A stretch of DNA of 64,000 nt, from positions 376,898,001 through 376,962,000 of the forward strand of contig OZ024743.1 of NCBI GenBank assembly GCA_964016885.1, written 5' to 3'. Shown here one piece after another: positions 27,138 through 40,837 of the stretch; positions within the stretch are counted from its first letter, which is position 1; the number at the start of each line of letters is the position of its first letter. The position numbers and the translations under genes were made by a program. The notes under the pieces are model-generated. The model saw only the letters and a list, made by a program, of their open reading frames with translations. It was not told the DNA's origin and did no database searches. Source of the DNA: Eledone cirrhosa. Lineage: Eukaryota.

Positions 27138-27302
27138 TGTGTGTATAGTGTTTGATGTGTGTTCGCATTTGGGTGACTGCGTTTCGGTTATTGTATTCTA
27201 TCTTAGTTTACTAGTGTGTGTTTATATAGTAAACTAAGATAGAATACAATAACCGAAACGCAGTCACGCAAATGCGAACACACACCAAATACTATACACA
27301 CA
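27138..27302. repeat. Fold-back inverted repeat: 76-bp arms, 13-nt spacer, about 3 mismatches
   Basis: 27138-27213 is the reverse complement of 27227-27302. Confidence 0.95.
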
Positions 27303-27396
27303 AGCAAACGCATGCGCAGAGAAGAAGACAAAATTAAATAAATAAACAGACAAAATAACAATGGGGTAGATATACAATACAACAGAAGGAACATAA

Positions 27397-27448
27397 TAGT
27401 ACCACTGATGATGTTGCAAATGTGCAACAAAAGAACTTTGTTAGACTA
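27397..27448 (+). ncRNA. Minimal type I hammerhead ribozyme, probably inactivated (GAAA to AAAA)
   Basis: CTGATGA-T-GTTGCA(AATG)TGCAAC-AAAA-GAACTT-TG; same layout as the 45331 motif, with covarying stem II. Confidence 0.7.
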
Positions 27449-27635
27449 TATATATGTGTTTATATCTATATTATATCTGTATTTTTGACCGTTGGTCAGT
27501 CAATGGTAAACATTGAGGACCAAATGAATTAACTGTGGAGATATAAAAGATACAGAGGCGAAAACCAACCAAACAGTGTGTTCTGTTATTATTTCTGGCA
27601 ATATTATTACAATATGACCCTCCCCAAGTAAGACA

Positions 27636-27675
<40 letters not shown>

Positions 27676-27889
27676 CTGTGTGTGTGTGTGTGTGTATGTA
27701 TGCATGTATATATATATATGTGTGTGTGAGAGGGTATATGTATGTGCGTATATGAGTGAAATATATTTATGTGAACCTTTATGTCAGCTTTAAAAGAAAG
27801 ATCCTGTTAGAATTAGAATTCGCCGTCTCTCTTCTCTTTCTCTTACTCTCTCTCTCTCACTCTCTTTTGTCCTCCATTTCTCTTTCTAC

Positions 27890-27936
27890 GCAGTTCTCTT
27901 GCACTCTCTCTATCTTTTATATTCTCTCTCTCTCTC

Positions 27937-27981
<45 letters not shown>

Positions 27982-28036
27982 CTCCCTCTCTCTCTCTCTC
28001 TCTCTACGCGGTTCTCTTGCACTCTCTTTATCTTTT

Positions 28037-28122
<86 letters not shown>

Positions 28123-28130
28123 CCTCTCCG

Positions 28131-28173
<43 letters not shown>

Positions 28174-28256
28174 CTCTTTATCTTTTATATTCTATCTTTC
28201 TCTCTCTCGTTCTCTCTCTCTCGTTCTCTCTCTCTCTCTCTCTCTCTCTCGTTCTC

Positions 28257-28326
<70 letters not shown>

Positions 28327-28336
28327 TCCCTCTCCG

Positions 28337-28367
<31 letters not shown>

Positions 28368-28432
28368 CTCTTTATCTTTTATATTCTATCTTTCTCTCTC
28401 TCGTTCTCTCTCTCTCTCTCGTTCTCTCTCTC

Positions 28433-28475
<43 letters not shown>
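27890..28475. repeat. Compound (CT)n/(CTAT)n array with higher-order duplication
   Basis: Direct. Confidence 0.9.
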
Positions 28476-28476
<1 letters not shown>

Positions 28477-28727
28477 ACTTGTCTACTTTCTCTTTCTTTT
28501 CAATTTCACAGGACAACATTTAATTTAAATTTTGTTGGATCCCAGAATAATATTAACTATTATTTCTCATATTTAATCTTTCCATACTAACAACAGCAAA
28601 CAACAACAACAACAACACCAGCATCAGCATCATAATCATAATCACTATCAACATCAGCAATAACAGCAGCATTATTATTATGTTTCTATTTAATACATAG
28701 AAGACGAATTTTCAGCAGTCCATTAAT

Positions 28728-28983
28728 GTCATCATAATCATCATCGTCATCATCACCAGTATCATCATCATCGTCATCATCACCATCATTATCATCATCA
28801 TCATCAAAATCATCATCATTATCATCATCATCATCAAAATCATCATCATTATCATCATCATTGTCATCATCATTGTCATCATCATCATCAAAATCATCAT
28901 CAAAATCATCATCATTGTCATCATCATCATCATCATCATCATCAAAATCATCATCATTGTCATCATCATCATTATCATCATCA
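28728..28983. repeat. (CAT)n-derived array
   Basis: Direct. Confidence 0.9.
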
Positions 28984-29313
28984 CAATTGTATTCATTACT
29001 GAAGATATATTCAAAAATACTCCCCACCATCACTCTCAACCCCACCGCTACACCCAAAATACTGTATGGAATCATTTTTACTGATAGATCACTGTCTATT
29101 CCACTGCTGCTGCTGCTGCTGCTGCTGCTGTCATCGGTGCTGGGGTCACTCCTGCTCTTCGTGCTGCTGCTCTTCTTTCCCTCTTTTCATCTAATCTTTA
29201 AAGTTTATTTTTCAAAAAACTTTCAAATGATAAAATTATTTATTTTCTTCATTTATATATACATTTATTCACACACATACATTTTATATATATAATATAT
29301 ATTATATATATAT

Positions 29314-29367
<54 letters not shown>

Positions 29368-29457
29368 CATACATACCTACATACATACATACATACATAC
29401 ATACATACATACATACATACATACATACATACATACATACATACATACATACATACA

Positions 29458-29488
<31 letters not shown>

Positions 29489-29678
29489 TATTTTTAAAAT
29501 AAAAAAACATTTGAAGAAGTCCCTATAGAACCGTTTGTGGTTCGGCTTTGTTTATCAATTTTTGAAAAAAAACAACATAATTCTTAGAAAGAAAAAAGAA
29601 AGAAAGACTAAAAGAAAACAAAGACCCAATAAAGCCATGATAAGACACATTAAGAAAATGACGAATAAAAATTTTTTT

Positions 29679-29720
<42 letters not shown>

Positions 29721-32119
29721 GTGCAGAGGAAAATTTTTTCATACCTTCTTTCTTCTGTAAAGTGAAGTTTTAATGATGAAATAAAAATATTGAAATAAAA
29801 AAAATTTATTCTATTTTTTTCTTTTCCAAAAAATTTATTCTTTTATTGTCCTGATACTAACATTAAAATACTGCAAGTAGCTTCCGAATAAAGCCATTAA
29901 GGCTACAACAACAACAACAACAAATGATGATAATAACAACAATAATAATAATAACTGATAATGATAATGATGATAATGATGATAATAATATCAATAATAA
30001 CAACAACAGCAACAACAGCAGCAATGATAATAACAAAAATATTAACAACAACAAGAACTAATATTTGATTGGATTCAAGGTTTTTCTTCCATTAATATGC
30101 CATTTAACCCAAACTTAGATGAAGACAATTGACTTTGTTTTTGGTTTGTTAGTTTGTTTTTGTGTGTGTATGTGTATGTGTGTGGGTGTGTATGTGTGTG
30201 TTTTGTTATTTCTATTTTATTTTTATTCTGTTTTTTGGGGTCTTTTTTTTTCTTTTGCTTTTGTCATTAGAACCGTCATGCTATATCTGAGTCACCACCA
30301 CAAAAATAGTGCTTTTGGAACATTTGAATACTATCAAAACATAGATCAACAATGCAACCTCGAAATTTGTATTGATTTTGCATAATGAATTTATAGTCGA
30401 AACATAATTTTAAAAAATTCTTTTTGATCCTTGAAAAGAAAAGCATTTCTACCATAAGGCTTCAAAGGTGATTTTTCAAAAGATGTCATTAATTTCACAG
30501 TCATCTTATCTTGCGAGCAGCCAAACAGTTTGGGTTTCAGACACTACCATTATAATTTCTTTCTATTTTATTTGTTGGTTTGTATTCGTATTTCTTTCAG
30601 TTTTGGGTAAAGTTTGCATTTGAAAAGTTTTATCCTGAAATCTCAATATTAAAACCCACTGAACAGAAGTTAAAGTTTCATTTTTATTTGTTAAACAAAT
30701 TTGATTATTTATATCTTTTTCAAATCTCTCTCTCTCTCCCTTCTATACCTCTCTTTCTCTCTCTCTGTCACTCTTTCACTCTTTATCTCTATCTCTCTAA
30801 TCAAGAAACTGCGGTATCGAGGTGGTGTGAAGCAAAGACTTGCATTAAGACCAAGCTTAATTCATTGATCCTCAAGTCAAAATATCCTGCTTTAAGCAAA
30901 CCATTTTTAATACTCTGGTGATAACTGCCATTGCTGCTTGCATGGAATAGTAATGCACTAATATTTCAAAGACAAAGGAAAAATATAATTTCTTTTATAA
31001 ATATATATATATGTTTCTTTTTATTTTAGAATTATCAATGATAAAATGTATTCATGCTTTTTAAAGCAATTTTTGTGAACAAAGAAAGCAATTTCACATC
31101 TTTATGTTTAATTAATACAATTGTTTCTATGTGTTCTTTTGAACTGACACTTGTTTTGTTTTTTGTTTTTGTTTTTTGTTTGTGTTGCTGTTGATTTTGT
31201 TTTTCCTCAGATGTGTAGTAGACTCATTTAAGAGCCTTTGTGTGCCAAAGTGTGCTTTAAATATCATTTAGCGCTACCACAATGGCAAGACAAACAACGA
31301 CTGTTCAAAGTACCATTAGATTTTAGCAATTTGTTGTTTAAAAACCATGAAAAGTTGTATAAATCCAACAATGTAGAGAAAGAGAGAAAGAGAAAACAAT
31401 AGAAATAAAGAAAGAGAGAGAGGGATGGATTTGCTAAACAATTCATATGTTTATGTTCCTAAGGGACTTTGATAAAATCGAATTCACAGATTTTTAGAGT
31501 GGATGTGTTTGTTTGTAGTGAGCCAATTTGAGTCTTTAAAGTTTGGTTCACTAATCCCATGTGGAGTTTATATCACGGCCATCAGTTAGAATTAGCAGAT
31601 TAATGAAGACGCATTAAGTTATGGGTTTCTCTCTGACAGATAGGAACCAATATTTCCACTCTGTGATGATCAGAGTAACTTTAAAAAAAAACCTTATCAT
31701 TATAAGAACGACGATGACATCAACAACAACAGCAACGCTCTTAAAACAATACAATAAAAATTATAAATAAATAAATATTAGCAAAATTCATGTATGTATA
31801 TATATATATATATATTCTAACATTACAGGAGTAATAACCAGTAGAGCTATTAATACAAATAATACTGTAACCAACATTACTGGCAATATAATTACAGTGG
31901 CCTCCTACCCTGTTCCCAACTGGCAGAGTTGTTACTATTTACCCGTTAGTGTTGACAACCTATGTTTTATGTGTCACACAAGCCCTGTCATCATCTCTTA
32001 AATAAATTTTCATGTTAGTTGGGATAATTTTGCATGAATAATTCCATTATAAATAACGGCCTCAGTGTTAAAACTCTGTTCAAATACCGAGCATGATGCT
32101 GAACAATCAATAATTTCAC

Positions 32120-33350
32120 TCAAAACAAACATACACACACACGCATACATTCATACACACATCGATACACACGTTTATACTGTCAGAAACACATCCATAC
32201 AGATCACACACACTCACACGTAAAATTATTAAAACGAAAATTTTTAAAATTTTAAACGCAAGACAACACAACGCCACCGAACATTCCAATGTGATTCTAT
32301 CAATAACACAAACACACACATACATACATATGCATGCATTCATACACGTATACACACGCGTACACATATATGCACACACACACACACATTCACACATATG
32401 CATGCATTCATACACGTATACACACGCGTACACATGCACACATATACACACACACATGCATGCACGCATACACGTATACACATATATACATTTATATAAA
32501 CATGCACTCGCACGCACGCACACACGCACACACATGCATGCACTCACGTATACACACGCATACATATACGCATACATATATACACATATATATATATATA
32601 CACACATGCATGCACACATACACGTATACACATATATACATATACAAATATACACTTATACACACATGCATGCCATGCACACACACATACACACATGCAC
32701 ATAAAGAAATGCATATAAATATGCATACATACTCATACACCCACATATATCCACATACACAAACATACACATATGTACATACATGATCATATACCCACAT
32801 ACATGCATATAATCCTACATATGCACAAGCATATTAACGTATATACACATACACACTGAATCACACTTACACACACATACACACATAAATATTCACATAT
32901 ATATATATATACATAGATATACACGCACATACACACATATGCACAAATTCACACATTTGCATGGGCACACATATACACAAAGACACGCATGCGCATGCCT
33001 AGACATACATACATAGATATATATACACACATACAGACATTTACACACACATGCATAGATTCACACATTTTCCATGGACACACACATATATACACAGACA
33101 CGCATGTGCATGTCTATACACACACATATAGATATACACGCATATACAGTCATATATACACACATATACACACATATACACATGTATGCACAGATTCACA
33201 CATTTGCATGGGAACACACATATGCATGCCTACACACACACATATATATACATATACACGCAGATAGACATATACACACATATACACACGTTTACACATT
33301 TGCATAAACACACACACACACACATAAAAAACACACACACACACAACCAC
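32120..33350. repeat. Degenerate CA/TA-rich low-complexity region
   Basis: Direct. Confidence 0.85.
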
Positions 33351-33875
33351 ACATCTTTATTCACCCACCGACCCACCGAGCTTACTGTGTAGTTCTCTCT
33401 AAGAATATCCAATGCAGCAACTGTGAAAAAATACTACCTATGTTTATTGCTTTCTACAGTACAAATAACAACAGCAAGAACAATAACAACAAAAGGCCAA
33501 TAAACAAAAAAAGGTCAACAACAAAACATTCTGAATGAGAAAGTAATTGGATATATCTATAGAATTCACAAAGTTTACTTAATTAGATAAGCTCGTTATA
33601 AATCAAATGTTTAGCTATACAATTCTAGAAGAGTGCTATATTGTTAAATTTCTCCTATAGATGCTTTTTAAAACACCCAGTGCTGATTATATATTAGATT
33701 TTAATAAAATAAAGGATATTTGTAAATATTAAAATATTAAGATATTAATAAACAGCCAAATAGGGGAAAATATTTTAGAACTAAAAATGTTTAAAATGAA
33801 CTTCAGTCAACTTTCAAATGATCAAATATTTATAAAATAATTGTTGAATAAACGTACAGATATTTCGATATGTAT

Positions 33876-33922
<47 letters not shown>

Positions 33923-34239
33923 TTTTTTTGTAGAAATACACACACTTATGAGAGACATTTTTACTTGATAAATCATATCAAACGTTTTCATTTGGAATGT
34001 TGAATTTCATATGAAAATATAAGATTTTTTAAAATCCATTTCAGTTTATATTTATTGAAAAGTAAAATTGAAATGTTGAAATGTGGAAGTTTACATTTTC
34101 ACAGTAAATAAACATGAAATGATGTGGAAAATGTTTATGAAGCTATATCATATGAAGACTTCTAGCAATATAGGCTGTGAATTGACACAGCCCTGTCGTA
34201 TTTGTTCTAGCTGTTTGTAATCTATGTTCATATCCTGCT

Positions 34240-34645
34240 GAGGTTAACGTCAGTCGTTCCAAAGGTTGACGTCACTTTTATTAAAGGTCAAGGTTAGTTG
34301 CTCAAAAGGTCAACATCATTTGTTCCAAAGGTCAAAGTCAGTCCTTCCAAATGTCAACGTCATTTGTTCCAAAGGTCAATGTCAGTCCTTCCAAACATCA
34401 ACGTTAGTCTTTCCAAAGGTCAAGGTCAGTCTTTCCAAATGTCAACGTCAGTCTTTCCAAACGTTATCGTCAGTCCTTCCAAACGTCAGCGTTAGTCTTT
34501 CCCAAGGTCAAGGTCAGTTTTTCCAAAGGTCAACGTCAGTCTTTCCAAATGTCAACGTCATTTGTTCCAAAGGTCAATGTCAGTCATTTTAAAGGTCAAT
34601 ATAGTTGTACCAAAGGTCAAATCAGTCGTTCCAAAGGTGAACGCT
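34240..34645. repeat. 22-bp minisatellite (CCAAAGGTCAACGTCAGTCTTT), about 18 copies, inside a SINE
   Basis: Direct periodicity; SINE head upstream (about 34165-34240) and SINE core continuing downstream. Confidence 0.88.
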
Positions 34646-34730
34646 TGTCTTCCATCCGTTTGGAGTTGAAGAAATCCCCCCCCCCCAGCCCAAGGCAGTA
34701 GATGCTGGAATTGTTAGAGCTTGTGATATA

Positions 34731-37700
34731 ATTCCTTGTGGTATTTATTTCTACCTCCCTGTATATATTCCTTGTGGTATTTATTTCTACCTCCCTGTAT
34801 ATATTCCTTGTGGTATTTATTTCTACCTCTCAGTATATATTCCTTGTGGTATTTATGTCTACCTCTCTGTATATATTCCTTGTGCTATTTATTTCTACCT
34901 CTCTGTATATATTCCTTGTGGTATTTATTTCTACCTGCCTGTATATATTCCTTGTGGTATTTATTTCTACCTCTCTGTATATATTCCTTGTGGTATTTAT
35001 TTCTACCTCTCTGTATATATTCCTTGTGGTATTTATTTCTACCTCTCAGTATATATTCCTTGTGGTATTTATTTCTACCTCTCAGTATATATTCCTTGTG
35101 GTATTTATTTCTACCTCTCAGTATATATTCCTTGTGGTATTTATTTCTACCTCTCAGTATATATTCCTTGTGGTATTTATTTCTACCTCTCAGTATATAT
35201 TCCTTGTGGTATTTATTTCTACCTCTCTGTATATATTCCTTGTGGTATTTATTTCTACCTCTCTGTATATATTCCTTGTGGTATTTATTTCTACCTCTCA
35301 GTATATATTCCTTGTGGTATTTATTTCTACCTCTCTGTATATATTCCTTGTGGTATTTATTTCTACCTCTCTGTATATATTCCTTGTGGTATTTATTTCT
35401 ACCTCTCTGTATATATTCCTTGTGGTATTTATTTCTACCTCTCTGCTATATATTCCTTGTGGTATTTATTTCTACCTGCCTGTATATATTCCTTGTGGTA
35501 TTTATTTCTACCTCTCTGTATATATTCCTTGTGGTATTTATTTCTACCTCTCAGTATATATTCCTTGTGGTATTTATTTCTACCTCCCTGTATATATTCC
35601 TTGTGGTATTTATTTCTACCTCTCAGTATATATTCCTTGTGGTATTTATTTCTACCTCTCTGTATATATTCCTTGTGGTATTTATTTCTACCTCTCTGTA
35701 TATATTCCTTGTGGTATTTATTTCTACCTCCCTGTATATATTCCTTGTGGTATTTATTTCTACCTCTCTGTATATATTCCTTGTGGTATTTATTTCTACC
35801 TCTCTGTATATATTCCTTGTGGTATTTATTTCTACCTCCCTGTATATATTCCTTGTGGTATTTATTTCTACCTCTCAGTATATATTCTTGTGGTATTTAT
35901 TTCTACCTCTCTGTATATATTCCTTGTGGTATATATTTCTACCTCTCAGTATATATTCCTTCTGGTATTTATTTCTACCTCTCAGTATATATTCCTTGTG
36001 GTATTTATTTCTACCTCCCTGTATATATTCCTTGTGGTATTTATTTCTACCTCCCTGTATATATTCCTTGTGGTATTTATTTCTACCTCTCTGCTATATA
36101 TTCCTTGTGGTATTTATTTCTACCTCCCTGTATATATTCCTTCTGGTATTTATGTCTACCTCTCAGTATATATTCCTTGTGGTATTTATTTCTACCTCTC
36201 TGTATATATTCCTTGTGGTATTTATTTCTACCTCCCTGTATATATTCCTTGTGGTATTTATTTCTACCTCCCTGTATATATTCCTTCTGGTATTTATGTC
36301 TACCTCTCAGTATATATTCCTTGTGGTATTTATTTCTACCTCTCAGTATATATTCCTTGTGGTATTTATTTCTACCTCTCAGTATATATTCCTTATGGCA
36401 TTTATTTCTACCTCTCAGTATATATTCCTTGTGGTATTTATTTCTACCTCTCTGTATATATTCCTTGTGGTATTTATTTCTACCTCTCAGTATATATTCC
36501 TTATGGCATTTATTTCTACCTCTCAGTATATATTCCTTGTGGTATTTATTTCTACCTCTCAGTATATATTCCTTGTGGTATTTATTTCTACCTCCCTGTA
36601 TATATTCCTTCTGGTATTTATTTCTACCTCTCAGTATATATTCCTTGTGGTATTTATTTCTACCTCTCAGTATATATTCCTTATGGCATTTATTTCTACC
36701 TCTCAGTATATATTCCTTGTGGTATTTATTTCTACCTCTCAGTATATATTCCTTGTGGTATTTATTTCTACCTCTCAGTATATATTCCTTGTGGCATTTA
36801 TTTCTACCTCCCTGTATATATTCCTTATGGCATTTATTTCTACCTCTCAGTATATATTCCTTGTGGTATTTATTTCTACCTCCCTGTATATATTACTTGT
36901 GGTATTTATTTCTACCTCTCTGTATATATTCCTTGTGGTATTTATTTCTACCTCTCTGTATATATTCCTTGTGGTATTTATTTCTACCTCTCAGTATATA
37001 TTCCTTGTGGTATTTATTTCTACCTCTCAGTATATATTCCTTGTGGCATTTATTTCTACCTCTCGGTATATATTCCTTGTGGTATTTATTTCTACCTCTC
37101 TGTATATATTCCTTGTGGCATTTATTTCTACCTCCCTATATATATTACTTGTGGTATTTATTTCTACCTCTCAGTATATATTCATTGTGGTATTTATTTC
37201 TACCTCCCTGTATATATTCCTTGTGGTATTTATTTCTACCTCCCTGTATATATTCCTTGTGGTATTTATTTCTACCTCTCAGTATATATTCCTTGTGGTA
37301 TTTATTTCTACCTCTCAGTATATATTCCTTGTGGTATTTATTTCTACCTCTCAGTATATATTCCTTGTGGTATTTATTTCTACCTCCCTGTATATATTCC
37401 TTGTGGTATTTATTTCTACCTCTCAGTATATATTCCTTGTGGTATTTATTTCTACCTCCCTGTATATATTCCTTGTGGTATTTATTTCTACCTCTCAGTA
37501 TATATTCCTTGTGGTATTTATTTCTACCTGTCTGTATATATTCCTTGTGGCATTTATTTCTACCTCCCTGTATATATTCCTTGTGGTATTTATTTCTACC
37601 TCTCAGTATATATTCCTTGTGGTATTTATTTCTACCTCCCTGTATATATTCCTTGTGGTATTTATTTCTACCTCTCAGTATATATTCCTTGTGGTATTTA

Positions 37701-39412
37701 TTTCTACCTCCCTGTATATATTCCTTGTGCTATTTATTTCTACCTCTCTGTATATATTCCTTGTGGTATTTATTTCTACCTCTCTGTATATATTCCTTGT
37801 GGTATTTATTTCTACCTCTCAGTATATATTCCTTGTGGTATTTATTTCTACCTCCCTATATATATTCCTTGTGGTATTTATTTCTACCTCCCTGTATATA
37901 TTCTTTGTGGTATTTATTTCTACCTCTCAGTATATATTCTTTGTGGTATTTATTTCTACCTCTCTGTATATATTCCTTGTGGTATTTATTTCTACCTCCC
38001 TGTATATATTCTTTGTGGTATTTATTTCTTCCTCTCTGTATATATTCTTTGTGGTATTTATTTCTACCTCTCAGTATATATTCTTTGTGGTATTTATTTC
38101 TACCTCCCTGTATATATTCCTTATGGCATTTATTTCTACCTCTCAGTATATATTCCTTGTGGTATTTATTTCTACCTCTCTGTATATATTCCTTGTGGTA
38201 TTTATTTCTACCTCCCTGTATATATTCCTTGTGGTATATATTTCTACCTCTCTGTATATATTCCTTGTGGTATTTATTTCTACCTCTATGTATATATTCT
38301 TTGTGGTATTTATTTCTACCTCTCTGTATATATTCCTTGTGGTATTTATGTCTACCTCTCTGTATATATTCCTTGTGGTATTTATGTCTACCTCTCTGTA
38401 TATATTCCTTGTGGTATTTATTTCTACCTCTCAGTATATATTACTTGTGGTATATATTTCTACCTCTCTGTATATATTCCTTGTGGTATTTATTTCTACC
38501 TCTCAGTATATATTCCTTGTGGTATTTATTTCTACCTCTCAGTATATATTCCTTGTGGTATTTATTTCTACCTCTCTGTATATATTCCTTGTGGTATTTA
38601 TTTCTACCTCCCTGTATATATTCCTTCTGGTATTTATGTCTACCTCTCAGTATATATTCCTTGTGGTATTTATTTCTACCTCCCTGTATATATTCCTTGT
38701 GGTATTTATTTCTACCTCCCTGTATATATTCCTTCTGGTATATATTTCTACCTCTCTGTATATATTCCTTGTGGTATTTATTTCTACCTCCCTGTATATA
38801 TTCCTTCTGGTATTTATGTCTACCTCTCTGTATATATTCCTTGTGGTATTTATGTCTACCTCCCTATATATATTCCTTGTGGTATTTATTTCTACCTCCC
38901 TGTATATATTCCTTGTGGTATTTATTTCTACCTCTCTGCTATATATTCCTTGTGGTATTTATTTCTACCTGCCTGTATATATTCCTTGTGGTATTTATTT
39001 CTACCTCTCTGTATATATTCCTTGTGGTATTTATTTCTACCTCTCTGCTATATATTCCTTGTGGTATTTATTTCTACCTGCCTGTATATATTCCTTGTGG
39101 TATTTATTTCTACCTTTTAGTATATATTCCTTGTGGTATTTATTTCTACCTCTCAGTATATATTCCTTCTGGTATTTATTTCTACCTCCCTGTATATATT
39201 CCTTGTGGTATATATTTATACCTCCCTGTATATATTCCTTGTGGTATTTATTTCTACCTCCCTGTATATATTCCTTGTGGTATTTATTTCTACCTCTCTG
39301 CTATATATTCCTTGTGGTATTTATTTCTACCTCTCTGTATATATTCCTTGTGGTATTTATTTCTACCTCTCTGTATATATTCCTTGTGGTATTTATTTCT
39401 ACCTCTCTGCTA
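34731..39412. repeat. 36-bp satellite (ATTCCTTGTGGTATTTATTTCTACCTCTCTGTATAT), about 130 copies
   Basis: Head-to-tail 36-bp units with few variant positions and no spacers. Confidence 0.98.
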
Positions 39413-39924
39413 TCATAGCAAGACAACGGCTAATATATTTTACCATATAATAAAACATCTAATTTATCATACCATAGAAAAATAGAATCTAATATTTCAT
39501 ATCGTAGAAAGTCATGTATCAAAACATTTTTGTATGCTTTTACACGTGTGTATGTCCATAAAATAAGATTTACTTCGCATATGAATATCCAAGCATATAT
39601 GTATATGTATGTATGTATATATGTATGTATGCATGTATGTATGTGTATGAGTGTATGTTTATGAGTGTGTGTGTGACTATGTATGTTCTTTTGGTTTTAT
39701 AATTTTATGAGTCGGTTTCTCTCATTGGAATTTAAACAACATCAACTAGGTAGATATGTCTGCATATGTGAGTGTGTGTGCAAGTATGGATGTTATTGTA
39801 TGTGTGGATGTGTGTTTTGAGTTATATGTGTGCATGTGCAAATGTTTTCTATCTGTACATGTGCACATGGAGTTATCAGATACAGAATGTTTGGAATATG
39901 TATGTATATGTATGTATACATGCT

Positions 39925-39956
<32 letters not shown>

Positions 39957-40547
39957 TGTATGTATGTATGTATGTATGTATGTATGTATGTATGTATGTA
40001 TGTATGTATGTATGCATGTATGGTGGTATATGTGTATGTGAATATAAAATATAATTTAATCCCTATGTATGAATACATATGTATGTATACAGGTGTAAGT
40101 TATTCTCCAATCTATATGTGCATAACATGCAGAATATTCATATATACACGACATACGTATAAAAGGAATATATTTTCAATATATTTAGTTGTGGTAAATG
40201 ATTATTTTCTGAATGTTGGATAATAAATGCTTAGAAAACATCTAGATAAATTTATCCAAGGGCATTTATTTTTACTGCAAAAGAAAATTCCAAATTGATG
40301 TGAGAATTATGGAAAAACCTGAGTTGCAAACCCTTTCGGCTGTCTATATACATTTTATTCCCTATAACGATATTATTTCCTTTTTCTTCACTATTTAGCC
40401 AGAGAGGGAAGGGTAGTGCCCGTAGCCCTTTACGGTACATCTGGGGTTAATGGGAATCTTCCTACCAACCTGATCTAAATGGATACAATATAGTTTATCC
40501 AAAGGTTTCCAAGGTCTAGGAGCTCGTGTTAAACCATGCGACTAATT

Positions 40548-40714
40548 AGGATTTTCACCCTAGTAGGATATGAAGTAATGGCATTTGAACAACTGAGATT
40601 TTCACTACTAGGATTCGAACTACTGGAATTTGAACTTCAGGCATTTGAACTACTGAGATTTGAAGTACTGGAATTTGAACTTTAGGCATTTGAAATATTA
40701 GAATTTGAATTCAG
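40548..40714. repeat. 15-bp minisatellite (GGAATTTGAACTACT-like), about 11 copies, abutting a minus-strand SINE head
   Basis: Repeated ATTTGAAC motif, the reverse complement of the SINE B-box. Confidence 0.75.
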
Positions 40715-40837
40715 AAAGCAAAGATTTGGAACAAATGCCACAAGGGATCATGTACAATACTCAAACAATTATAATTGTGTATATATATCTATACACAATT
40801 ATAGTGAGAAATGTCTTAGTACATAAAGTAACATTAA

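Noticed and set aside
34731-39412. CRISPR array (36-bp repeats)
   Set aside because: Units are contiguous with no unique spacers, there are no cas genes, and the context is eukaryotic
34736-39485. 1342-1560 aa hydrophobic ORFs
   Set aside because: All three + frames stay open because the 36-bp monomer lacks stop codons; indels swap frames freely
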